Part shown: positions 26,725 to 35,254 of the stretch, piece by piece | How positions within the stretch are numbered: position 1 is the stretch's first letter | How the letters are laid out: the number at the start of each line of letters is the position of its first letter | Source of the DNA: a virus | Virus record (IMG/VR): IMGVR_UViG_3300044695_007705 | Span: 1-64,000 of that record | Direction: 5' to 3' (one strand) | DNA: 64,000 nucleotides | Program-made: the position numbers and the translations under genes | The notes under the pieces: generated by a model | Seen by the model: the letters and a program-made list of their open reading frames with translations, nothing else | Database searches by the model: none | What the model was told of the DNA's origin: nothing

Positions 26725-27015
26725 TCAAATGTCAGGATTTGCTGACAGAAATTCTTGCGCTTTGAGGCGTATCGCGTAAAGCTGTGTCGAGAATGGATTC
26801 AATGGGCACAAAGGGGGGATGTAGAGCACAAGGCGACCGCGCCACCACACCGCCCTCTCAAACGGGCATTTGGGCGGGATTCGGTCCACCCAGGCCTGGG
26901 CGAGTTCCCGCGTCCATACCTTCGGCTCTAGGAAGTGCAGGGAGAATTTTGGCAAAAGAGAAACGAGTTTAATCCACCAGATAGGGGGCCTGGCTCTTTT
27001 AGATTTTCCCTCCAT
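26725..27015 (-). CDS. Mo-dependent nitrogenase C-terminal-like (Mo-nitro_C) family protein
   Basis: IPPKCPFER...IPPLCPLNPF..QL..IR..A matches this cyanobacterial family. Confidence 0.8.
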   Translation of the reverse strand: MEGKSKRARPPIWWIKLVSLLPKFSLHFLEPKVWTRELAQAWVDRIPPKCPFERAVWWRGRLVLYIPPLCPLNPFSTQLYAIRLKAQEFLSANPDI

Positions 27016-30000
27016 TAATACATTACCATTATATGGACAGTATTTTGGCTTAAGTTAGCCTGTGTTGGGTTTCCGGGGCCACTAGGTAAATACTCCAAGT
27101 CTATGCTCTTTATCTTAATTTGGGTGGTAGTAAGGCTCGAAATGCCGATTAAATGGTCTGCCTCAGTGTCTTGAGCTGAAACATTTACAACCATATTATT
27201 TACGTCTACCCCGATATCCCCACCCGGGATATCTACAGTGTACATTAACCCGTTAATTCCATTGGGTTGAACATTGTCAAACACAGGTGCCGAAGAGGTA
27301 GCGTTTGCTAAAACTCCCCCTCTCGTTAAAACTACACCATTACCAGCGATTTTCATCCACCCCCTGACGGTAAATACGGAGTCTAAGGCGGTCTTAATCG
27401 CCTTTTCGGTCACCAGACTTGAATCGTCGGGAGTACTTCTGATCGCCGTAAGGACTGGCACTTGCTGTACGTCTCCAGCAAGACCCGTACCGGATCTTCC
27501 AAGCACTCTAAAATCGCTGATCTCTTGAATCTTTTTGAGATTGAGAGCATTATCGCTAACTTGATTATTACCAATCCATTGCGAGGTAAAAAGTCCGTCT
27601 TCGGTTACAAGTCTTTGCCGTCTGGTAGCAGAACTGGCCTCTTTATTAATCGAGTTAGTTATGCTAGAGACTTTTTGACCGCTTAAGCTCCCCAACCCTA
27701 AGGATGCAAAAGTAACAGTGTCGTCATTTAAAGGTAAACCGGCACTTACGCTGAACTGGGTAATGTTATCTAATGGGTCGTTGGGGTCACCACCCGGAAT
27801 TTCCAGAGAAACCTCTGTTACCGCAATTCCATTACCGCCATTAACGCTGTTACTAAATCGGACTTCCAGTTCATTAGCCAAGTCAAAAGCTGTGACAGCG
27901 ACTTTGTCACTAATCCCCAAGAACGCAGGGTTCTTCGCCCCTCTAATATCTTCCTTCTTGGCGAGCTGGACGAGACCGGCCCGGTCTCTCGACGCATACA
28001 CCTGGGGCGGGTTTGGCGATGCGATGATGTCGCCAGTAGTCAAAGACTTGAACTGAGTATCGTTACTGAAGAATATACTTGTACCCCGGCCCATTATAAG
28101 GCTGGAGCCGTCTTGCATCAGCAACGTACTTCTTATAATTACGTTGTTCAGTACTTGGTTGGTAAGGCCTTCGGCTCCGGACTCAGACGCGTAGGGAATC
28201 GAGAACTGTTCGCCCGATCTAAGGTCAAAGACGGTAGTACCGAGGTAATAATTTCCCTCCTCGTTCATGCCGGTGGCGTATACCCGGCCACCATTCTCTT
28301 CGGTAATAATCTTACCAAGAATGAACTCTTGCTCTAAAGGTTCGCCTTGGAATGTTGGGAACGAAGTGTCGTAGTTCAGGTAACCGGTCCATTCCCAGGT
28401 GTGCCCTGAGGCGCGGATTACGGACGGACGTCTCAGCCCGATCAGGATGCCGACAGAGGCGGATGCCGAAGTACGGACGGTAATGGGGTCGGTAGACGCC
28501 TGTAAAGGTGCGCTGAAGTTTACAGAAGCCCTTGCTTGCATGAGAGCCAGCGCTTGCTTAGTGGCACTTTCAGTGGGATCTTCCGTAAGCTCGGGATAAT
28601 CGCTGTCCAGGGCGGGGTAGAAATCTCCGGTGAATACGTCGCGAGCGCGGGAACCCTGCGTCAAATAGGTTACGTATTTTCCACTGTTTTGGGCACTAGC
28701 TCCCGGTGTAAACACCTCCTCATAAGGGCGCACTTGAGTAATGGTTAACGGGTTATCCTCAAGTTCGGATGAATTATTTAAAGGGAAACCGGCAACACCC
28801 GACTGCTTCTCAAGAACATAATACGGTTGCGGACGTCTCATCCCTCTAAGACGCTCAAATCCTTCGAGTACGACTCGATACACTCGGTCATCCGCTCGCC
28901 TCTGGTCAACAGCCCGGATGATTTTTATAGCCGAGCGGTTGAACATAAAGTCCAGAGAGGCAAAGACGGCATCTTGCCCGGTCGGATTATCCAGCAGCTT
29001 ATACCTAAAGGCGTAGTCAAACCGCTTTGTTAAATATCCGTCAGCGTTTTGATCCGTGGCCTCTTCAGGAATATTTGAAGTTGTTACATCAATATACCAG
29101 GCTGGCGAGCCGGTAACCGTGTTGCCTGTTTCCGGGTCGATATCAGCAGGTGCGCTGTCCCATACAAACACTTTCGAGCTGTCGTCTAGACTGTTAAATC
29201 CGGGAGAGTTTGTAGCCGCTAGTTTAATATCCCCAGTGTATAAAATCGAATTACCTACTTCATCAAACCCATTAATATAGATACGTTTTCTGTTGGGCCT
29301 GTTCGGTCCACCAGATAACTCCCAAGTGTCCGTACCGATTTTCTTGGTGTAGCTGTACTGTCCGAAAGCGATGTTAGACGCAGAAGGCGGACTCTCCAGG
29401 CTAAAAGGACTGGCAATGTTCGAGTTTTGAACATAGATTCTGATAGTTTCGGGGGCCTGGTTTTCACCCGTTTTATTAGCCTTTACATAAGCTAAAGTCT
29501 TGCTGTAATCTATTACAAGACTCGTACTCACCTCAATGTCTTCGAGAGTAGGAGGTTTTCCGTTAGCCAATGTAGTGTATTGGAGCGGCAGAGGCGGGAT
29601 AATTTGTGTTATCCTAGTACCGCTATATCCACTTTCCGGCGCCGCTTGATCTTGACTAAAAGACTTCGCCTTGTAGCCAATACCGCGAAGCGAGATATCG
29701 CCAAAGTCGGAACAAGAGTTAGTAATTGATAAGTCGGCTCCAGATTCTGATATGAAATGATCGCTGTTACCTATACAGAATACGGAGACGATTTGGATCG
29801 TGGCATCGTTACTACCTCTGATACCGAAATGGCGGTACTTGAACTTATCTGCACTGCTGGATTTGTATTTTTTGCCTTCGCTATCCGTCTTGTTAATCGG
29901 AGGATCTTGGAAATACGTATTATCCAAATAACAGGCAGGGTCGGTCTGAAGCGAGACTTGGGTAAAGTTCGCGGTGACCATCGACTTAAAGCCAGACACA

Positions 30001-32369
30001 CGTGAACCGTTCGCCCAGAGGCCGTTCAGACCGAAGATGCTCCGTACCGAGCAATTGAAAACATAAGGCGAGCTGGAACGCGTGGAGTTAATGTCCGGCA
30101 AGGGGACAATAGCGCCATCCGAGTTGCGAATTCTGGTGGCGCCGGGATACATAACAGCCGCGTTACTGGCCGAGTCGGGACTAGGAATTCCTGTCTGATT
30201 CTCCTCAATGTCCTGAGACCGGTTTTGCTTGGTAGCGGCAATAGGAGCGACGATAGTCGTCTCGGCAGCAATCGCTTCAAGCAGTTCGTCTTCCCACCCA
30301 TCAACATCTTTGAACAGGGAGTTGATCCGGGAGTAGTAAGATGTCTCGCTACCGCCCCCGATAATCTCTTGCTCCGAAGCAAATTCAATGGCGGTGACGG
30401 TATTATGGCTTCTCGAGTATTGCAAGTTGTCGGTGAAAGTCATCAACGACACATAGGTGCCACCGGTAACTTTGAATATAGCGGTTTTTTCTGTCTGCGG
30501 GTCGTTTTGGACCGGGCTGAGTTCCGGAACGTACATCGGCCGGATGCGGACCTTGCGCAGATCGACTCCGTCTACCGATATTCCCCGGGGAACGATAAGA
30601 CCCCCGGTCTGAGGATTTACAACAGCCAGATTGTCAAAGAAGAGTTTGTCGTTTACTTCAAAAGTCCCTCTAACGTATTCAAGGCTGATGATCCAGTTCG
30701 AGCTGGAGCCGGATTGTTTTTGCACCCGAGCGATGTTACCAACACCCCCAGACTCTGAGTAAAGGACTCGGCCCAGGTTCAGTTCGCGTGGCGGTTGCGT
30801 GTTAACCGAATTACCGACATTTACCACGATGGTAGTGGCTTTGTCTCCTATAACCGAGTTAGAAATTGTTAACCCTGTATCTACTTTTTGAACGAGTCCG
30901 GTTCCTTCACTTACCGTAAGACCGGAAAGAACACCGGGACTATTATCAACATAATAGTCACCCGGAGCGATTTCCAGCATGACCTTGTCGTACCGGTCGT
31001 TGTTCTGGCCGGAGCGACGGGATTCTCTAACACCTTCAAGCAGCGCACGTTCAATGGTGCGGAACGGACGATCTTTATCAAATCCCCTGTTATCGATTGA
31101 ATCTTCGCCGATCGTCTGATCGATGTAGATTGTGTTTCTGGAAAGAGGAGTGAAAGAGGCGTTAGATCTGTTGCATCGGGGGGCTTGAGGGACGTTTACA
31201 AGTCCGCCAGTACCATTCGCATACAATGCCACTGTTTCGTCATATTGCCTGTAGCACTTGCCAAGTGTCGGGTCGGCTTGTGACGGCTCGAAACTGTATA
31301 CTCCTGCGGAAAGAATGGGATATGTGGTGGGCAATCTGGCCCCGTCCGGGCACTCGGCAATAGTCCTATCGCCAATAAACTCTTTACCACCACAAGAAAG
31401 GAACGTACCAAGAACCGGATTGCACTCTGACCCGGGTGCTTCTTCGAATTTCCATTGCCCAGTAGCCGCATGATAAAACAGCTCAAGATGCGCGTCTCGG
31501 ATGTTAACAATCCAGTCGTCTGGAGAACCATTAAGCAGTTCGTTACTTACCGGGTTTGTACGAATAATTAAAGGGAAACGGTCAAATGTGCCGGAAATAT
31601 CAACTAATGCGATTCGATCGCTGTCGCTTGGGGACTCAGGAAGCGTAACAATAATGCTACCGTTACCAGTATCTGCAATTACTCTGTCCGAGACTAACGC
31701 GGTGTAATCGTCGCGCTGGATGGAGGTGTTAGAAAGATTTCTCGGATAGGGATTAAGGGCGGAGATGAAGGTGTGTGGGCGGATGTCAATGTAACCAGTA
31801 CCAAAGACTTCGCCTGTGTCGGGATCAGTGGCCAAGCCGTCGCCATTCGTGTCAAGAGTGATCTTCGCCAGCGGAATATGCGCTTCGTTAACGCTTGGCA
31901 ACGAGCTGGACACCGAGACGGTGTAAGGTGCGTCTTGCTGTTCAAGCAGGTAAATGTAAGAGACTGTTCCCGCGCCACCCTGCAACTTGATGTTTTGCCT
32001 GGGCCAGGAAACAGCGTCCCCCGACCGGTTTATAAAGCTTCCCGCCTCAATTGTTACACCTTGGCCACCCTCGAATGCGAAAGTGGACGGCAACCCTACA
32101 ACCGCTAAAAGTTCGTTTTCATTTCCATTAAGTACGATACCGTCATGAGCAAGACGACCGATGGCGGTCTCCGGCTCAAGCCGGGGATTAGCAATTTCCC
32201 AATCCTTAATAGCGTCTCGCTGGCCAATATCCCAGCCTTCCTGCTCACCGCTAGTCGCTACGTCATAGTAATCAGAGCGGGGCTCCCCGGTAAACTCCGT
32301 CCCTTCCTGGACTTTATTCAGATACTGGCTAGAGACTACTTTGCCGTTTTGAAAAGCGATTTTTTCCAC
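27015..32369 (-). CDS. Large tail fibre / virion structural protein, cyanophage-type
   Basis: 1784 aa; PFRTIERALLE, SPYVFNCSVRS..GFKSMV, RASGHTWEWTGY, AGLVQLA. Confidence 0.75.
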   Translation of the reverse strand: MEKIAFQNGKVVSSQYLNKVQEGTEFTGEPRSDYYDVATSGEQEGWDIGQRDAIKDWEIANPRLEPETAIGRLAHDGIVLNGNENELLAVVGLPSTFAFEGGQGVTIEAGSFINRSGDAVSWPRQNIKLQGGAGTVSYIYLLEQQDAPYTVSVSSSLPSVNEAHIPLAKITLDTNGDGLATDPDTGEVFGTGYIDIRPHTFISALNPYPRNLSNTSIQRDDYTALVSDRVIADTGNGSIIVTLPESPSDSDRIALVDISGTFDRFPLIIRTNPVSNELLNGSPDDWIVNIRDAHLELFYHAATGQWKFEEAPGSECNPVLGTFLSCGGKEFIGDRTIAECPDGARLPTTYPILSAGVYSFEPSQADPTLGKCYRQYDETVALYANGTGGLVNVPQAPRCNRSNASFTPLSRNTIYIDQTIGEDSIDNRGFDKDRPFRTIERALLEGVRESRRSGQNNDRYDKVMLEIAPGDYYVDNSPGVLSGLTVSEGTGLVQKVDTGLTISNSVIGDKATTIVVNVGNSVNTQPPRELNLGRVLYSESGGVGNIARVQKQSGSSSNWIISLEYVRGTFEVNDKLFFDNLAVVNPQTGGLIVPRGISVDGVDLRKVRIRPMYVPELSPVQNDPQTEKTAIFKVTGGTYVSLMTFTDNLQYSRSHNTVTAIEFASEQEIIGGGSETSYYSRINSLFKDVDGWEDELLEAIAAETTIVAPIAATKQNRSQDIEENQTGIPSPDSASNAAVMYPGATRIRNSDGAIVPLPDINSTRSSSPYVFNCSVRSIFGLNGLWANGSRVSGFKSMVTANFTQVSLQTDPACYLDNTYFQDPPINKTDSEGKKYKSSSADKFKYRHFGIRGSNDATIQIVSVFCIGNSDHFISESGADLSITNSCSDFGDISLRGIGYKAKSFSQDQAAPESGYSGTRITQIIPPLPLQYTTLANGKPPTLEDIEVSTSLVIDYSKTLAYVKANKTGENQAPETIRIYVQNSNIASPFSLESPPSASNIAFGQYSYTKKIGTDTWELSGGPNRPNRKRIYINGFDEVGNSILYTGDIKLAATNSPGFNSLDDSSKVFVWDSAPADIDPETGNTVTGSPAWYIDVTTSNIPEEATDQNADGYLTKRFDYAFRYKLLDNPTGQDAVFASLDFMFNRSAIKIIRAVDQRRADDRVYRVVLEGFERLRGMRRPQPYYVLEKQSGVAGFPLNNSSELEDNPLTITQVRPYEEVFTPGASAQNSGKYVTYLTQGSRARDVFTGDFYPALDSDYPELTEDPTESATKQALALMQARASVNFSAPLQASTDPITVRTSASASVGILIGLRRPSVIRASGHTWEWTGYLNYDTSFPTFQGEPLEQEFILGKIITEENGGRVYATGMNEEGNYYLGTTVFDLRSGEQFSIPYASESGAEGLTNQVLNNVIIRSTLLMQDGSSLIMGRGTSIFFSNDTQFKSLTTGDIIASPNPPQVYASRDRAGLVQLAKKEDIRGAKNPAFLGISDKVAVTAFDLANELEVRFSNSVNGGNGIAVTEVSLEIPGGDPNDPLDNITQFSVSAGLPLNDDTVTFASLGLGSLSGQKVSSITNSINKEASSATRRQRLVTEDGLFTSQWIGNNQVSDNALNLKKIQEISDFRVLGRSGTGLAGDVQQVPVLTAIRSTPDDSSLVTEKAIKTALDSVFTVRGWMKIAGNGVVLTRGGVLANATSSAPVFDNVQPNGINGLMYTVDIPGGDIGVDVNNMVVNVSAQDTEADHLIGISSLTTTQIKIKSIDLEYLPSGPGNPTQANLSQNTVHIMVMY

Positions 32370-32388
32370 AATAAGCTTAAACTACTAC

Positions 32389-32874
32389 TCAGCTTTCAAC
32401 GACTTTCGCCCACAGTACTCTTGCGATCCAGGCGGGTCGAGGGCCAAAACTACTCAGCTCGATAAGGACTTCGGCCCCTGTTTCTGCATAATCGTCTAAC
32501 GAGTTTCCACTTGCCCAGTCAACCGGGTAGTCGAAATAAGCAGAAAAACTGGTCAATGGTTCGCCAACGAATCTTGCCAGAATCCGTATTTCGCGGTAAT
32601 TTCCTGGCCTGACCTGGAGCGGATCGGTGTTCGGAATGGGTAAATTGTCCGGATCGGTGATGTCAAGTTCGAGGTAGTTGCCAGCGAATAAGTTACCGGC
32701 GATAGGCTTATTAACACAAGCGCCCCCTAACTCGACAGGGAATCCAGACTGGTCAAAGACCCATGCTCTGCCGTCTGCCGTGTTTGTGACAATCTCTCCT
32801 TCGTCCCCGTCCCCCAGAAACGGTTCTTCGTTCGCCAAAGGCGTACTTAAGTTCTGAATACTCGCTTCTGCCAT
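32389..32874 (-). CDS. Hypothetical virion protein
   Basis: Start reassigned to MAEAS (32874), 25 nt after the motif; GEIVTNTADGR fibre-like motif. Confidence 0.55.
   Translation of the reverse strand: MAEASIQNLSTPLANEEPFLGDGDEGEIVTNTADGRAWVFDQSGFPVELGGACVNKPIAGNLFAGNYLELDITDPDNLPIPNTDPLQVRPGNYREIRILARFVGEPLTSFSAYFDYPVDWASGNSLDDYAETGAEVLIELSSFGPRPAWIARVLWAKVVES
32392..32400 (-). promoter_or_regulatory. GTTGAAAGC putative late promoter
   Basis: Encodes V-E-S at the end of the upstream gene; 22 nt before GTG 32369. Confidence 0.65.
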
Positions 32875-32899
32875 TTTAAAATAAATTCCTATACACCTT

Positions 32900-32919
32900 G
32901 CCTTCAACGAGTTGAAAGC
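32900..32919. promoter_or_regulatory. Back-to-back divergent motif pair (GTTGAAGGC on minus, GTTGAAAGC on plus)
   Basis: Located at the divergence point of two structural operons. Confidence 0.7.
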
Positions 32920-32939
32920 CAGTTATAGGGTAAAAATTC

Positions 32940-33944
32940 TTGTCTACTTACGCCACGGATTCCTGGTCGACAATTACCGGTCTTGCTTCGGTCGCCTACG
33001 GGTCGCCCGAGAGATACCCGGAAGTAGCGAATCAGGTAATTGCGAACTCGCCTGTCGGAGGGATTGTAAACAGCATGACCCCGGCCATGTTGATCGAGCA
33101 AGCGTTAACTGAGGATAAAGTCTTTTCTGCTCTTGAACAAGAGTATGAGACTAATCGCGAGTTTTCTAGGCACGTAAACACGCCGGGAAACAATCTGGCC
33201 AAAGTTGCCAGTAATTTGCACAAAAACGTCTTGACATCATATGGCGAGATGTCTAGTTATGAGACGTCATTGTCCAGTGTTATTGACTATCTAGAAGTGC
33301 CCGGGATTTCCGGCCCCGGCCTTGTCAACAGGCTTAAAAAAATCATACCCGATCTCGAAGTTTACTCTAATCTCGCATCTGTAGTGCCTGCACGCAAGCC
33401 GGACAAATTGCCAGCCGGTTCCTTATTGCCGCTTTCCGACTCGGTCGGTTTGACATCTGATTACAGGGGGGTCGAATTCTCTACAGGGTATCTTACTCCG
33501 GAAGATTATTTTGCCGGTATCGCTTTGCCCGGGGCTGGGTCTACGGCTCAGAACCTTCCCGACACAATTCTTAAATCGTTGTCAGAAGGGTATGTCGGTT
33601 ACGCTACTACCAGGCCTTTGGAATCGCTGCTCAGGCCGGGATTAGACTCTCTTCTCTCATTAAGTGATGTCCAAGAGGCGAGGAACGTGTCTCGCTCTCT
33701 GGCTGGCCTGGGGACTATCGGCACGATTCGAGACTTTACTGGCATCGGAGCATTAAGTCCTGCTGACCAGAAAATGTACGCTGTTGATGTGGCGAAGCTT
33801 GTGGTGGAGATCAATGGTTACACCACCTATCAGCCCGAGGTCAATTCCAATGGCGATTTCATCACCCCGTTAAAGGATACGGAGAACTCTGACCCGGGCA
33901 GAGGACTCCCATTCTCGCAAAGAACCCGTACTACAACCTTTTAA
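32940..33944 (+). CDS. Baseplate / tail protein with N-terminal LysM/GpX-like domain
   Basis: STITGLASVAYGSPERYPEVAN; precedes baseplate J. Confidence 0.55.
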   Translation: MSTYATDSWSTITGLASVAYGSPERYPEVANQVIANSPVGGIVNSMTPAMLIEQALTEDKVFSALEQEYETNREFSRHVNTPGNNLAKVASNLHKNVLTSYGEMSSYETSLSSVIDYLEVPGISGPGLVNRLKKIIPDLEVYSNLASVVPARKPDKLPAGSLLPLSDSVGLTSDYRGVEFSTGYLTPEDYFAGIALPGAGSTAQNLPDTILKSLSEGYVGYATTRPLESLLRPGLDSLLSLSDVQEARNVSRSLAGLGTIGTIRDFTGIGALSPADQKMYAVDVAKLVVEINGYTTYQPEVNSNGDFITPLKDTENSDPGRGLPFSQRTRTTTF

Positions 33945-33952
33945 TATAAGTT

Positions 33953-35254
33953 ATGGCATTAGAAATATTCGCACCAATACTGCCTCTGCAGCTCGATAAT
34001 AGGAATGTAGGAGACATCGTCCGAGCTATACAGACTCGAATGTTTATCGAGTCGGACGGGACGCTTAATGATTTTACTCCCGCCTCGCCTTTGTCCGCGA
34101 TAAGCGAGGGCCAAGGGTTCGCCCAAGCCGAACTTCTATACTATTTGAATACTTTGCCCGAGGCTGTTACGTTGCAATGGCTTAGGAGTCTGGGTGTCCA
34201 AAGAAAGCTGGGATCTAGGGCATTGGCTGAAGTAACCTTTTACAAGGTTCCGGGATATAGCAGGCCTGTGACTATACCAGGTGGGACGAGGGTGTTCGCC
34301 AGAAGCGGCCAATCCTACATCTTGTTGGATCAAGTGCAGATTGTCGACCAAAGCGCTGTTGGCACGGTACAATCCGAGCGTTGGGGGGAAGTTTATAACG
34401 TAGAGCAGGATGAAATTACCCGCATCGAGAGAAATTTCCTCGGGCTCGATTTCATTACTAATCTCGAACCGGCATCGGGCGGTACGGATCTTGAAACCGT
34501 TGATCAGATGAAGATCCGGGCTTTTGAATTGCTGGGGCGGAGAAACCTTACATCGAGAGAAGATTACAGGTCTGAAGTCAGAGCAATAGCACCCGAAGCA
34601 TCAATTGTCGAGGTATTGCCCTATGAGGAGAGGTTTCAAGACGATGTAGAGAATAATCGTGGGATTTTTATAGTGGCGGGGGGAGAGGACGGCTCGCCTT
34701 TGACTACTGCGACTCAATCCGTCTTGTTAACATCGCTTAGAGACCGAACCCCTATCGATGTTAAACTGTTTCTTACACCTCCAACTATTCTACCAGTTGA
34801 GGTTGTGGTGAGTATATCTTGGAATCCGAGAATTACTACAACTTTCAGTGATACTTTGGCTTCACAGGTAAACGATTTATTAAAAGGTATTTTCTCTCCG
34901 TCTAGTCTAGGGTTAGGGACCAACGTCTCTTATACTGATGTTTCCCGGCAAGTGTTAGCCTTGGACTTCGTCCAAGATATCCCTATTCTCGACCTTAAAG
35001 AAATGGCGTTGGATCCGGAGATTACCGGGAATACGGATGGAGTTTGTGGTAGATTTCTCGGTACGGAAGACGAAGAAACGCTAACATGCTCGTACACTTA
35101 TAACCAATTCGTTGATAGAGTGTCTGCCTCGTCCCTCATATGCCCGAACAGCACTTCGGCCTTTAGACTCTATCGCTCAATCGTTTCTTTAACCTCGGTC
35201 ATCGACTCGACTACCATCACTTACACGTACGACAATTTATATGATATCGTCTAA
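33953..35254 (+). CDS. Baseplate J / gp47-family wedge protein
   Basis: DFTPASPL, VTIPGGT, ITNLEPASGGTDLET..MKIRA. Confidence 0.85.
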   Translation: MALEIFAPILPLQLDNRNVGDIVRAIQTRMFIESDGTLNDFTPASPLSAISEGQGFAQAELLYYLNTLPEAVTLQWLRSLGVQRKLGSRALAEVTFYKVPGYSRPVTIPGGTRVFARSGQSYILLDQVQIVDQSAVGTVQSERWGEVYNVEQDEITRIERNFLGLDFITNLEPASGGTDLETVDQMKIRAFELLGRRNLTSREDYRSEVRAIAPEASIVEVLPYEERFQDDVENNRGIFIVAGGEDGSPLTTATQSVLLTSLRDRTPIDVKLFLTPPTILPVEVVVSISWNPRITTTFSDTLASQVNDLLKGIFSPSSLGLGTNVSYTDVSRQVLALDFVQDIPILDLKEMALDPEITGNTDGVCGRFLGTEDEETLTCSYTYNQFVDRVSASSLICPNSTSAFRLYRSIVSLTSVIDSTTITYTYDNLYDIV

